Position numbers and translations under genes: made by a program. This document shows positions 48,351 through 61,900 of a stretch of DNA of 64,000 nucleotides, piece after piece; position 1 is the first letter of the stretch, and every line of letters starts with the position of its first letter. The notes under the pieces are model-generated. The model did no database searches, was not told where the DNA came from, and saw nothing but the letters and a program-made list of their open reading frames with translations. The DNA comes from Camelus ferus. Its lineage: Eukaryota. The stretch covers positions 11,658,001 through 11,722,000 of the forward strand of contig NC_045698.1 of assembly GCF_009834535.1 (NCBI RefSeq), written 5' to 3'.

Positions 48351-51059
48351 TGGCAACATCATTAACATCATAATAATGACTAAATTTATATAGTGTTTCA
48401 ATGTGCCCAGCACTGTTGTAAGCGGATGTGCACCTATTCAGAATCGCTCTTTTTTCTGTTCCTAAGGTAGTGGTCAAGTAAGGTGACGGCTGTGGGAATG
48501 AAGGGGGCCGAGAGGCAGAGCCCATACTGCAGGACTCTTGATTTATTCTGAAAAGCTGCACGAATTATCTAGTTGCTAAACCAACAGAAGGAAATATCTA
48601 AAGTCCACCTCCAGAGTTCTTTCGACCCTCTAGACAAGACACTTGGGAACTCTATAAAGCGCTCTGCTTTATCTCGCGGCTGATGGGTGACCCGTCAGGC
48701 AAACACATTCACGAGCATGTGACTACCTACTGAGTGCCTGCGGGGTCCAGGCACTGTTCCGATAAACTGTCCTCATCTAGCTCACGTTCTGGTCCTAAAT
48801 CTAAAAGCAGGAAGAACTTAGTAGAGCAAATCCTCTAATAGTAATGAACCCTCTCCAAAACCTCAGGCACTGAGTAAAATGGAAACAAAAATGTGGTCCT
48901 TCCTAAAGAGCCCTCAGCGTCCACAGGACGTGCAGGCCATCTGGAAGCAGAACTGTGACTACCTCAGTCATTTCCTGCTGGCAGAAGAAAAGAAGGGTGT
49001 CCTTGGAAAGTCATTAACAAAATGGGAGAGAAATACACCCACTAGAAGCTAAACAGTGGCTTGCGACACCCTCGTCTACACGACAGAATCACTTTAATAC
49101 CCTGAAGAAAACTGACTTTTTTTAAAACCAATAAAATCTACTTTCCATTCACCTTGAAAATGTGAATTGATGCTCAAGAGTCAAGAAGCACATGAGAGCA
49201 ACATATTCTGACCTTGAGCAGGAAGAGTGGCGTCACCTCCAAAAGTCCCTTGCAGTGTCCGAGCACCTCACATGCTCACTGCCTCACAGCAGGAGCCCCA
49301 CCCAAACGGCCCTCAGCAACCAGGATGACACTTGGTTTTAAAGAGATTTCTTTCCCCTTTTTCCTGGCAAATCATTGTGATACAAAGATTTCAAAAGGTA
49401 AGTCAGAGCCTCCCCATAGTTTCCACATGACTCACTGCCAAAAATTTAGAAGCCAGCCTTGTGATCATTTTTACGAGGAAAAACAGCAGATTCTATCTTA
49501 GTCACAGAGCATCAACTCAGGCCAAAATGACTAAAAAACCTCACTCGAAGGGCTGGCATCACTGTTTCCAAAACCAAAATAGTTATCAATAAGTTGTTAA
49601 CATGGAGGGGAAACTATTAAATTGGACCATGTTTTACAAGGGCAAGCCATTTCGGAGGTGAGATTTTTAAGAGGCAAAAGCATCCAAGAACTTAACAATC
49701 ATAACCCGGTTTTCTGAGCGACCTGGTACCAACATCATCTCCTCCACTCATGCTCACTTTCCTTGTTAAAATAACAGCGTGAAGAGTAATTCTACTCCAG
49801 GACCACGGGGACAGATTTCAAAAATCCCTCTTCTGAGTCCAACACTGTCTTAAGCCAAGTAGATGGCTCACAAGGCAACCAGATAAAAAATACATCATAA
49901 AAAATTTACCCTGAGGATTCCACTGCCTAGAAGTTCTGGAGGTCAGCGTTTCAGTTGAAGCAGTGTGTTGTGCCATCCGGTGGACCGGGGAAGTTCACCA
50001 TCACTGCCTCCATCACCCCTGCCTCCCTCTGCTCTGTTAGTCCACTCAAAGGGGAAGCCCCATTTACACTTTGTGCGTTTTACCTTCTAATGTATAAAAG
50101 CAAATAGCATTAGACTGTAAAAGGGGCAAAACATTCTATGCTCATATCTCCTCCCTTCTCCTTTCTCTATTCCTTCATCTTACCTGTCCTTAGCTCCCCA
50201 CTCTCTCGGAGGATTTTCTAGATGACTGCTTCATTCCATCTCTATTTCTGACTCCGAAGACAGCACAGGAAGGTGGAGAGTGAGACCACCATGAACGTAT
50301 TGGAGTCAGGGAGAAAAAGAGGGTGGGAGAGGACTGCTGATGGGGGACACGTCTTGACCTGCCCTCTGCTCCTCTTTCCCGGTCATTCCCTGTCCCTCTA
50401 ACAACTCAGTGTCTGGCCTTTGGGGCCAAGGCAGTCCGGCCGCCCTGCCCTGGCTGGCCTATTCCTCCCTGTCCCCCAGGAGCTGGCTCACCGCACCACT
50501 GAATGTCGATGTTCTCCCCTTCTGAGATGAGCTTATCTTGCCCGGTCTTTATTGTCCTCAAGCAGCTCAACTGACTGCCGTGCAGCAAGAAGGCGTCCGT
50601 GGAAAACACCTGTCCTAAGCAAGAGCCAAGAACTATGTAGTGTTCCAAGGAGCAAGGAAGTTTTTCCTCAGTCTTAATTTACTCTTTTTACCTGGACCGG
50701 AGAGACTGGAGCAAGGTTAAGAGAGGAAGGTGAGTATTTCAGAGAATTTCATCCAAGTCTAGTAGCATGTGGGCATGGAGTCGGAAGCACAGTCCGAATC
50801 CTCAGGCCTGAGTTTGGGTGCATCCTCCCAAAAGAGAAACCTAGCTTAGACATCCTGATAGTAGAATCTCAAAATACTCGCAGGACTTCAGAAGCAGTTT
50901 GATGTACATGGATCGCTGTGGATTCCAGTGTGAGCGCTGCGGTCTGGAGACCCATGTGCAGGCCTCCCTCCAGTTCAGCCACCCCCCCACTCCCCCCCCC
51001 TCCCAGTGTTAACTGAAACCAGTTGACTTGATTTGGCTAAGGGAAATTCCTGCTTCTTT

Positions 51060-51215
51060 ATCTCTGACCAATTGATCCCAAATAAATTGCTTCACCTCCC
51101 CGTGCCTCAGTGGACCCAGCTGCGAAATAGGACTAATGATAAAATTAACATCCTATAATTTCATATGGGATTACTGGGAGCTAATGCATGTGAAAGCACT
51201 TTATACACGGAAAAA
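51060..51215 (+). mobile_element. MIR SINE
   Basis: ttgcttcacctccccgtgcctcagt...taatgataa...gagctaatgcatgtgaaagcactt. Confidence 0.7.
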
Positions 51216-52139
51216 CAAGAAGCAAATTTTCATTATTGTTTCTCAGAGAAACTCAGAATTAACACCGCAAGATGAGTTTAGTAAAGGAAAAAGTCAAGAA
51301 TATGTTCCTGAATACTCTTTACATGCTCATTAAGATGACTTAATGCCCTTTAAAATCAGATTTATCAGATTGCTCTGCGGTGCCCAGCCCAGACATCCTC
51401 TCCCAGTGCGTCGTTCATCTCAATCACCAGCAATCAGCAGCAGGCTCACGGCCCTCTCCTTAACTGAACACTTTCTAACAGCATCACTACACCTCATTCC
51501 CTCTTTCCCTTGTTCTCTGGCACCAACTATAAAATGTGTACTCATTGACTTTCTCGCCTCTCTATCCCATAATCCTACCTCTTGTTTTTCCATCAGCCTG
51601 CTTCATTGATTTGGGGGTTTTCGCTTTCAGTTAAAGCATGCAGCATTCTGATTCTTAAAGCAACATATTGCAATCTGTTTATCAAGCCCCCATAGGAAGG
51701 CTCAGAAAAGTCACATGGCTCCACATCCAGTGAAATTATATATAATTTAATAGCAGAGTGAGAAATTCACAGTGCCAGAGCAAGAGTATCACTCTACAGT
51801 GCCAAACTTTGTGATCAAAACATAATTTTCAGTTCGTTTTCTGAGTTTTTAGGCTATTAGGCAAACATTTAAATTAAGCAGAAACATAAGGATAGCTGAC
51901 TAAATTTTTCAGTCTTAATCTGGATTGTAAATGCCATGTGCACACAACAGAAAAAAAGGCAAAATTAAGAGTGACAGCTGACAGAAATGAGAAAAAGAGG
52001 TAGTACGTGGAGCTTGTGGGAAAATCACTAGACAAAATCTTCCCATTAGAGTCAGGATAAGGATAAGGACTGGGATTCACTTAGATGTTGCTGGTAATAG
52101 AAGACAATTCAACACGTTCATTAAATAAAGTCAAAGATC

Positions 52140-54822
52140 ATCCATCCTTTGAATGTGGGATGCATTCACTTGTTTCCAAAGAGTAAATTATGGAAGGAGG
52201 TGAGAGGAGAGAGGAAGTTTATAGTAGAGAAATCTGACAAGCACAACCTCAGACTGGGTGATCAAGGTCAACATAAACGGTGCTCAGTCCTGTCAACGGC
52301 AAGTACTCTGAACACACAACACCTCCATGGTCTCCCTCCCGCCAAAAACACAATCATAATTCCTGTCTACCTAAGAGGGAAAAGCATCAGCAAACCCAAA
52401 CTGAGGAACATTCTAGAAGACACCTGGCCAAGGCTCCTCAACTCTGTCAAGTCATCAAAGACAAGGACATTCTTGAAAATGTCACAGCCTTGAGGAGCCT
52501 ATGGAGACATGATAACTAAACTCAACGTGGTGCCCTGGAGAAGATCCTGGAACAGAAAAATTTTATTAGGGGAGAAATGGTGAAATTTTAGTAAAGTTTA
52601 GTCAATAATAATGCACCAATGTTTCTTTCTTTGTTGTGACGAGTGCACCATAGTAATAAAATATGCTTAATAATGAGGAAAACTGGGTGTGGGGCATACA
52701 AGATTGTTCTATACTTGATGGCAGAAATTGAGATGGTGGGGTAGGAGGATGCTGAGCTCACCGCCCCCCCCCCCCCACGAACACACCAAAAATGCTCTAC
52801 AAATACTCGTAGAGCAATTCTCACTGAAAACAACCAGGAGACCGGCAGAAAGGCTCTTCTACAGGCAAGGCTGTAAAGAAGGTCCGTGCAGAGTCTGGTG
52901 GGAAAGAAGAAGTGAATTTGCAGGGACCTGCATCCTTAGCAGGGGACACAAAAGAGGAGGAGGATACCACAGGCTCAGCGATCTTCCCTGGGGAGCAAGG
53001 GGTTCGAGGCACCCCCTCCCTGGGGTCAGACATCAGGAAGATAAGCCCCCTTAGCTGGTTGGAACGTCAGTGGTACTAACCAGAGGGCTGTAAGAAACCG
53101 AGACTCCACTCGTGAAGAGCATGCACACACATGCTTACTTCTGGTCACAGAGTGCAGGCAGCAGATGGACAACTGCCTGCGGCTCTGGCTGGCTTGTCAG
53201 GACAGCCCCAGAGAACAGACCAGCCTAAACCAGGCACCTTCTCTGGCCCCTCTTGCTCGGGTCCTGTTCTCTGCTAGGGCAAAGGCTGCCATCGCCAAGG
53301 AGAGTGTGCAAACTTAGTGGGAACAGAGCCAGCTCAGAGCCAACTCGGCCTCTGACAAGGGCGGAGGCAGCGTGTACCTGCGCACATCTGGGAGGAGCTA
53401 AACCCGCTCCAGAGCAGAGACCAATGTTGCCAGCAGGAGCAGAACCAGCTCAGTAGCCAGGCACCAACCCCTCCAACCCTGACCTAACCTCTAAACAAGG
53501 GACCCACAACGAGGAGGAAGTGAAACCAGCAAGGAAGTGCAGCCCCAAGCTCTCAGGGACTCACCATGACCCCAACCAAGATGCAGACTACCATCACACT
53601 CAGAAGAAACCCAGCTCCCTCAGGGCTTCTGCTCTAGCCCCTTGGGCCCCGACCAGACCCCCGATAGGGCGGTGTTGGCCACTGAGCATAGGAGAAGCCC
53701 AGCCTCACACTTGGCTCTGGCTCTAGCCTCTCCATCTCCAGCCCCACCACCCACCAATGAGGTGGCTGCCAGCACACCCTAGGGGAAGACGTGACCCGTG
53801 CTCACCAGGATCCAGCTCTCCCACCAAAGCCTCCGGCCACACACAGACTGCACAGGGATGCTCCCACACAAAGACACCCCTTCAAGGGTATGATAGGTAG
53901 CTGTTTCGCCTAATTTCACAGAGAAAGAGAAAGTCAAACAAAATGAGAAGACAGAAGAATATGTTTCAAATAAAAGAGCAAAGGGAATAAAAAAAAAAAA
54001 ACAGAAAAAAAATCTCTAAAGAAACAAAGAAAATTAACCAGATAAAAAGTTCAAAGTAATAGTAATAAGAATGCTAACTGTACTTGGGAAAAGAACAGAT
54101 GAACACAGTGAGAATTTAAATAAGAAACTAGAAAATATAGAAAAGAACTAGTCAAAGCTGAAGGATACAGAAGCTGAAATGAAAAATACAGTAGAAGGAA
54201 ATAACTGTAGATTTGGTGATACAGTGTGAGGCTCACAGCAGCGTTATTCACAATAAGCAAGATATGGAAGCACCCTAACTGTCCATCAACAAACGAATGG
54301 ATAAAGAAGGTGTGGTATATACGATGGAGTATTGATTAGCCCTAAAAACAATTAAATTTTGTCATTTGCAACAACATGGATGGACCTGGAGAGTATTATG
54401 CTAGTGAAATAAGTCTGTCGGAGAAAGTCAAATACTGTATATTTTCACTTATATGTGGAATCTCAAAGATAAATAAATGAATATAACAAAACAGAAAACA
54501 GACTCACAGATATAGAGAACAAGCTAGTGGTTACCAACAGGAAGAGGAAGGGGAGGAGGGGAAAGACAGGGAGAGGGAATTAAGAGGTACAAGCCACTAG
54601 GTACAAAATAAGTGAGATACAAGGATGCAATGTACGGCACAGGGGATGTGGCCAATATTTTACAATAACTTTCAATAGGTTATAATCTATAAAGATATTA
54701 AGTCTATGTCATATGCCTGAAATTAATATATTATAAAACAGCTATACCTCAATAAAAATAATAAAAAAGATATACTACTTTAAAGCTCTTCTGTAAATGT
54801 AAAACTATTCTAAAATAAAAAT
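52140..54822 (+). mobile_element. L1MC-type 3' UTR (52140-52715 and 54771-54822), split by a younger L1
   Basis: gagaaatctgacaagcac...tgatcaaggtcaacat...aaacccaaactgaggaacattcta...gatcctggaacagaaaaa...aactgggtgtgggg | ctgtaaatgtaaaactattctaaaataaaa. Confidence 0.82.
52716..54770 (+). mobile_element. Internally deleted L1: 5' UTR and ORF1 start fused to ORF2 terminus, 3' UTR and A tail
   Basis: 5' end agatggtggggtaggaggatgctgagctcacc (aagatggcgg-type motif after CpG decay); GC-rich 5' UTR; ORF1 ATG at 53943 (MRRQKNMFQIKEQ); junction near 54224-54231; 3' UTR like that at 23400-23690; short TSD tatact. Confidence 0.9.
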
Positions 54823-55431
54823 CTTACCATATCAAAGATAACTAACTGGAAAAACTAAGCAATTACTAATGAAATACTTTCACTGCAAGCATTTGTAGGG
54901 CTAGAATAAATAAAAGATAAATTATGTTGTGTTGCTGTTTCCACACCCTCAAATTCCAAATCAGGCCTCCATTTCATCTTTTTCTTGCCCTCTTTTGTGC
55001 CCTGGTGCTAGGTGTCTTCTGCTGTCACGAGACTGCCAAGGACAGGCCTCCATCTCTAGCCAGCTCTCCCTCTAAAAGCTCTAAACTTAGTCCCTTTCCT
55101 GCCCCTCACCCCAAACACCACCCCCTGTTCTCTGGGAGGAGCGGATCCATTCACTGATATTAACAACAGCTCCTAAGTAACCTACAGGCCACCTAATGTT
55201 TAAAGACAGCAGAATGAATTTAATGTGAAAGGTCCATAAACTGGGGGGTAAGGCAAGTTTTCTGGACTTTCCCATCATGCCCAGGGAATGTTAAGGGTCC
55301 CCACTCTTCATGGAGACAGCGGGATAGAGTTTGGAAACTAAATTTCAATGTCCTATTCAGATTTTAAATGAAATCAACAACTAAATTGCTTTCATCTTGT
55401 AGTTTTCTACTTAAGTCCCCAAGTAAGTTCC

Positions 55432-55780
55432 TGCTGCAAACTGAATTATGTATCCACAAAATTTGTATGTTGAAGCCCTCATCCCCAAAGGCACTGTACC
55501 TGGAAAAAGGATCTTTAAGAAAATTAGGGTTTAATGAGGTAGCCAGAGCGGGGCCCTAATCCAATAGAACTGTGGCCTCCTAAGAAGTGAGTCCTCTCTG
55601 AGAGGACGCAGGAGGAAGGCACAGGTCTGCAAGCCGGGAGGAAAATGACACCTGGAACAGCACCAGCCAGAGCCTTGACCTTGGGCCTCCCAGCCTCCAG
55701 AGCTGTGAGAAATAAAGTTCTGCTGGCTAAGCCACACTGTCCGTGCTATTTTGTTGTAGCAACCCAAGCTGACTAATACA
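55432..55780 (+). mobile_element. MaLR LTR (MLT1A/B-like)
   Basis: tgctgcaaactgaatt...tatgttgaagccct...ccagcctccagagctgtgagaaataaa...gctgactaataca. TSD gttcc/gttct. Confidence 0.88.
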
Positions 55781-57499
55781 GTTCTTCATGAAAGAGAAAG
55801 TAGTTTTAGGATATGGGACCAAACATATTCACTCTGTATAGAATGATACATGCTGAAAAGATCTGTTTATTGATACTGACAGAGTGTATTTTGGAAAAAT
55901 GTAAACCCTGGCCCCTTTTCTCATTCCAGCACGTGTTTGTATCCAATCAAATTCATCAACATGTTTTTCTCCCTCATGAATGTCACTGCGCTACTCCTCA
56001 CTGAATCACTGTCTCCGTAATTCAACACTCATGTGACAACTGATCCTCAGATGGGTGCCCTAGAGTAAATTTCCTTCCATTTCTAGATTAATTGTATCCA
56101 TATTTGTCCAAAGAAAAAATTAGGTAAAATGTTACCATTTTTAAGCACTCGATCTGTAAGAGGATTCTATGGGGAAGTACTTTAAATCCCTTATGTCTAA
56201 TTCAGTTAATACTCTCCCAACTTTCGTAAATGGGGTATATTGCCCAGTTGCATTCAGTTAGTGGACAGGTGAATGTCAAGCTTATAACTATTTTCAACAA
56301 CAGAAAAAAATTGCTTCATTTTGTAAGTAATTAAAAGAATTGGGACATAAGGTAAACCTCCTCAATCGTGAGTGGCTGATGATCCTGTTAATCTCCCTGT
56401 CTAATTATCAAGACCCAGTGTGTTTCTATTTCATTAAAATAAAGGGGCAGGCAGTGTCCCTATAACCCCTTGCAGTGGCCTTCTCTGTATTGTACCAAAT
56501 CATTCTAACTGGTGGAGTTGATGCCTGCTACTCAACAGTTAAAATCACCAAGAAGCAAAACAAAGTACAGACAAGCAAAGTCTTCAATTTGCTAAAAGCA
56601 TCCTGTTTTTAAAAATCTTTAGTTCTGATGGTTGAAATTGTTTCAAAAAGAATATTCATGCTGAGAGAGGAAGACCTCAACTCAAAACTGCAGAGTTCTC
56701 TCTGGTTCAGCACCACTCAGAGATGAGCAAAAGGCTCCCTGGACTCAGGGACCAGGACTTCAGGTCTCACTCCGCCAGCTCTATGATCTTGAAAGTTTGG
56801 AGTATATGATGTCTAAAGTACCTGCAGCTGTAACAACTAAAAACCCCAAACTATTTCAAAAGTTCTGATTTGAAAGGCTGAGAGAAGCAGGAGAAACTGT
56901 CTGGGGTGTGTTGTTTCCAAATTTTTAGGTTTGTGGCACGATAGCACAACTGGAGGACAGTCAGTCATCTCAGTTTAGCTTTCTGCTGTAACAATCTGAA
57001 AGCAGCCCAGCTAGCACAGAAGCAGAATCCAGGCTGGAGTGGCCACATGGCTCAAGCAGTACCCCTCCCGCCTTCTACTGCAGTCCTCTGTAGGGGGCTG
57101 GATATTAAGGGGAAAACCGGAAATTCTAGTTTAGCTGTTCTGTGCTGAAAATCTTTAAAAGATGAAAACAGAGACTGACAGAAACAGAGACACAGAGAAG
57201 ATGCTGAGCTAACAGCTTGCAGACCAACCGGAGTGGAAACACTGAAAGTATCTCAATGCTTCTTAGATCACTTTTCTCAAAAGAAGAAACATTTCAAAGA
57301 ACTCCCTTCATTTGCTGTCATGGTAGATGTTGTGTTTGAGGTGACTGTGTTTAGAGTGGGGCACAGTCATGATAGACTAGGTTTTGACTGTTTAATATCT
57401 AGGTATTTCTATGAACACCTTGAATCAGTGCTTAGTCGCTCTTTGCCTTCAACTATAAAGCCTTTCACTTAAAAAAAAAAACAAAAACCAAAAAACCTT

Positions 57500-57735
57500 G
57501 CTAATGCCAGCTGACATTTGCGGAGTGCTTACTCCACGCATCACTCTGCTAAATGCACTACATGCATCATCTCAATTAATCCCCCCTAAAACCCTATGAC
57601 ACCGTTACTATTATTATCCCTTCTTGACCAGGGAAAACTGGGACACCCGGAGGTTAAAAAACTGGCTGAAGTTTACAAAGCAAGTAAATGCAGAGAGACT
57701 GGAAACCTGACCTGTGGACTTACTAAACCATGCCC
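57500..57735 (-). mobile_element. MIR SINE
   Basis: agctgacatttgcggagtgcttact...ctctgctaaatgc...aaaccctatga...ctattattatccc...ggaaaactggg...gaggttaa. Confidence 0.8.
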
Positions 57736-59189
57736 TCACCTGCAAAGCCACTTGGAAGAAACAGCAGACCCTAATTCTCGACACAGCTCAGCCGCTAATC
57801 ACCTTGGGGAGCTTGGCTACCTCAGCCCTTCCTTGAGTAAACAGGATTGGTCTAGACGATCTCTCATGTGTCCCTGGAAATCTAAAATTGGGATCTCCCA
57901 ATTTGTTATATGTTGAATGACCACAGGGCTGTCTCCAGTTACCTCAGAGAAGCACGTCCTGGACAGTGGAGGCCATGGATCTATTTATGCTAACTTAATA
58001 TTACATGGCACACTTAGCAATTCCTGACACTGCACACTGGGTCCATGTCTGTGTCCTACTAGAAATCCCTGAAGGCAAAGAAGTGTAATTCATCATTGCA
58101 CTCCTTCACCTTGTCTACTCAGAGTCTTAAGTATGATTCGCATTCAGTGAGCACATCCCAACGGACTGAATGAGCTACAGAACTCAGGGAGGAACAGCTG
58201 GTTCGTGGTTTATACAACTGTGTAGTCCAGGAGAACGTCTATGCCACCTCCAAGGCTACTGCAGTGCACCCTTGGTAGCACTAACATGTCGTGAGGAGTT
58301 CTCTACAAACTGTGTTTTTCTTAATCTTCTGCCCCTGAAATATTGTATGCTTTATTGTACAAATTTTAAGAAAAAAATTTGAGGAAAGTTGAATTCAACA
58401 GCATATCTATTTAATAAATAATCAGAGTAGGAAGTAAGTGTACTGGTAGGAAGCAGAGGACATGAATTTAGTTTTTGTCCAAAGAAAAACAACTTGTAAG
58501 ATTAAATTTATGTAAAAACTATATATATATTTATACACACACACAATGAGTCAAAGTACATACACATCATAAATGTAGCACTATTTCATTGTCCAAGTTC
58601 AGGTGATTTCTACAGTAACAGCACAACAGCTATCTAGAAATTGACCAAATTCAAGTAGCTACCTGAGACTTCCCTCTCCGTTTCCCTTTTTCCCTCACTG
58701 GCCTCCACAGACCCCACTAACATTTGACAGTCTTCCCCTGTCCCTGGCACCCACATCCAACTATAATCAGCATTGACCCTCATCTAAAAGCATGTGCACA
58801 GTGGTGGCTCTGGTGATGGGGAAGGGGAAGGAGAGAATAAGCATTCCATTCTTTCATGGCCAGTCCCCACCGCACCTGTTGACTCTCCCCGAGGTCTCAG
58901 CTAGGTTCCCCATCTCTTTACGCAGTGTCCTACTTACCATGTCCAGCACTGCCCCTACTCTTAGCCCTGCTCTTCCCCCAAGCCCTCACCCCAACTTCCA
59001 AGGCCTTCTTTTGAAACGTAAGTGCAGTCTTCTCAGAAAGTCATGAATACATCTTGTTTTAAAGACCTAGTATCTAAACAAAATGAGGAGTAAGGTCAGT
59101 GGAAAGTTGAGATGAGGAAAGGAAAGGAACCCTTTTACGTATGGATGCTTCCTGGCTGTGGTTAGAATTAAAAATCATAAGTACCAGTA

Positions 59190-59990
59190 CTGAGCACCAA
59201 AGTACTGGCGAGGATGTGGAACAACTGTGTCTTACTCTGTTCTCTTACGCTGCTGCTGGGAGTATAAATTGGCACAAGCACTTGGAAACCTCTCTGGTAG
59301 TACCTACTGAAGTTATATATACATATTCCTATAACCCAGTGCCATTGACTGCATATGGCCCAAATTCTTCACCTTGCCCTGTATCCATGCCCTGAGCAGT
59401 GTGACTTTGCAGCTTTTCTCACCTCTAGTGATACACTTCCGTGCTTCTTGACTTTGGGCCCAGCCATGTGACTTGCTTAGGCCAATGCAATATTAGCAGA
59501 TGTTGCTTGCATGCTTTGTCATGCTCTCTTGTGCCTAAACCATCTCCCTAATAACATGCGCAGTGGTCCAAGGAGAAAGAACAGCATAGCTGACCAACGG
59601 ACCTGCATCTGTGGGATGGCCACATGATAGAATACTATACAGCAATGAAAAAGACTTAACTACTGCTGCCTGCAACCTCATAGACGAATCTCACAGATGC
59701 AATGGTAAGCAGAAAAAGCCCAAGACCAACAGTAAATACCATAAGATTTCATTTCTGTGAAGCCCACAAACAGATAAAACCAGTCCAGTTCAACAGAAGT
59801 CAGAATCATGCTTACCTTTGAGGGACTGTCTACTGGGAGGGAGCATAGGGGAGCATGCTGGGGACTGATCTGGACGGTGGTTACACACATGTGTATACAC
59901 ATGTAGAAGTTCATCAGGCTAGATTTGTGTACTTCATTCTCTATTAGTCATTCCTCCATAAAAGAGTACATTATTACAAATAAATACATA
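59190..59990 (+). mobile_element. L1ME/L1MC-type 3' end with an inserted MLT1 LTR fragment (about 59340-59615)
   Basis: L1: ggcgaggatgtggaacaactg...gggagtataaattggcaca. MLT1: ccctgtatccatgccc...agccatgtgacttgctt. L1 again: gaatactatacagcaatgaaaa...agaagtcagaat. Confidence 0.75.
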
Positions 59991-60419
59991 ATTCTTAGAC
60001 TTTAGAGGACTTGTGTGTCTGCTTCAGGGACAGCAGTGAGCTATGAGAACCAACTCTGGCTCCATCAAGAGAAGTCTGCCTGGATCAGAAGCAGGACAGA
60101 GTAGGGAGAGGGGGCTTCATTTCCCAGGGCTTGGAAGCCAGTCACGCAGTTGGAGAGAGTAGCGATGAGGAGAACTGTGTTTCCTGTCTCCTCAAATCCA
60201 GATATCAATTCACCTAAGAAGCATGGCTGACTGGGCTCCGTGGGCAAGTCTGTGAAGCTACATTGTCTCTGTCAGGGGGAAAGTACTGCTGTTTCCAGGC
60301 CAGTTAAATGCATTACCTGTTGGTGAGTTGGAGGCGGCCTTTTCTATCTTCTTAACGGTCATGTCTAAGGTAAACATTCATGTTTCTTTCTAGTATTATT
60401 TACTCCCCACAGAGCTAAC

Positions 60420-60705
60420 TCATCTTTGGAGTTTCAGCTCACACTCACCACGTCTGGAAACTTCCCCCTCACAGCCCCTCCCACTCTGTCCCCACTGACC
60501 ACACTGGAGGCTCAGGTAGGTACTCATTTTCAGTGCTTTCATGGTGCCCTGGGCACATCTTTATAGATGCACTTTCCACACTGGATTATAATTTATGTGC
60601 TTTTATTCTCCACTCAGCTATAAGCTCCTTGAGTCTGGAGGCCATAACTTATATGTGATTCTTGGTGCCTGCTCACTGCTTCACACAAAAGTTGTGAATG
60701 AAGGA
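60420..60705 (+). mobile_element. L2 3' fragment
   Basis: tctggaaacttcccc...ctccactcagctataagctccttgag...gtgcct...gtgaatgaa. Confidence 0.6.
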
Positions 60706-60949
60706 AGATTTCATCCCTAGTGGAAATGCGCCTCCTACCTCTCCACCCATTCAAACCCTAACTCAGATAAATGAATCAATTCAAGTGCTTCCTATGATGT
60801 GAGACCCCTTTAACTTCTCTTGCTACACCGAGCTTCCTCTTCTCTGAAACTGAGACCTTAAGAGTTCATTGTAAGTATCTCCCCCACAGCTTCAAGTCTG
60901 CATCTATCTTCCCAGTTCGATTTTAATTAAGTCAGTATTTCAGCAAATG

Positions 60950-61900
60950 TTTTTTTCTAGCCATCTCTCTACATTCATAGATATGTTTAGATATATAAAT
61001 ATGACTCTACCTATTTATTCAATTACCAAGCAGAATTAGGTTGTAGAAATCTTCCCACGTCAATACATTTCATTGGCTTCATAATATTCCACTGTATTGA
61101 GGTGCCATCATTTACATAACCATTCATCAGCTCTTATGGATGAACACTTGTGACTTTTCCAATAATTCTCTATCACAAATAAGGTGGAAATCAATATCCT
61201 AGTACATAGATCATTTCAGACTTGTACAATTCTATCCTTAGAGTAAACCTCTCAAGGTGTGATCGCCAAGTCAAGAGTTGAAAATTTTATGTTCAGATAA
61301 ACATTCCTAGATCACTTTCCAAAAACATAGTATCAATTTGTAGGCCCCAAATTCTTTTCCCACCACATCCCACTCTTCAAGACTGATTAATTATTTTGTC
61401 TCCTAGAAGGACAAAGGCCTGGCAGCTTGGTCTTGCATCTTTGCCTTAAGATCATGGTGGTGTGAGAGGGGGGCTATTGAAGGGCAATGTCTATCAGAAT
61501 TCTTCCTTCCATGCCTCTAGTTATTGCTGCAAGTAAATATTTCAACTCTCACTCTTACCATTGCCAATAAACATGAAAAGATACCCAATCTCCCCATGAG
61601 CCAAAGGAATACAACTAAAATAATAAAGGATGTTTTGGTTTTGTTTTCTTGTTGTTGTTGTCTTTTTGGAGTTAAGGCAAAGAGCAATATTCTTTGTTGA
61701 TATAAGTGTGGGGGAATGACACTTATGTCCGTTTTTTGGTTCTTTTTCCTAATTGCATTAGCTAGTACTTCCAGAACAATTTCAGACAGCAGTGGTGACA
61801 ACAAGCACTCACGTTCTGATCCAGACCTTAGTAGATGGGTTTCCAGCATCTCAGTCATTAAGCATTAAAATTTTTTTAGTTGAGTTTTATATTTTTATTT
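60950..61900 (-). mobile_element. Old L1 fragments (about 60950-61380 and 61735-61900)
   Basis: ataatattccactgtattgaggtgccatcatttacataaccattc; ORF 61517-61858 (-) gives ECLLSPLL..IVLEVLANAIR (L1 RT). Confidence 0.72.

Noticed and set aside
52720..53940. GC-rich region as a host gene promoter or first exon
   Set aside because: It leads directly into L1 ORF1 (MRRQKNMFQ), so it is an L1 5' UTR.
59887..59904. 18-bp perfect palindrome acatgtgtatacacatgt
   Set aside because: Low-complexity RY sequence within an L1 3' UTR, easily produced by chance or slippage.
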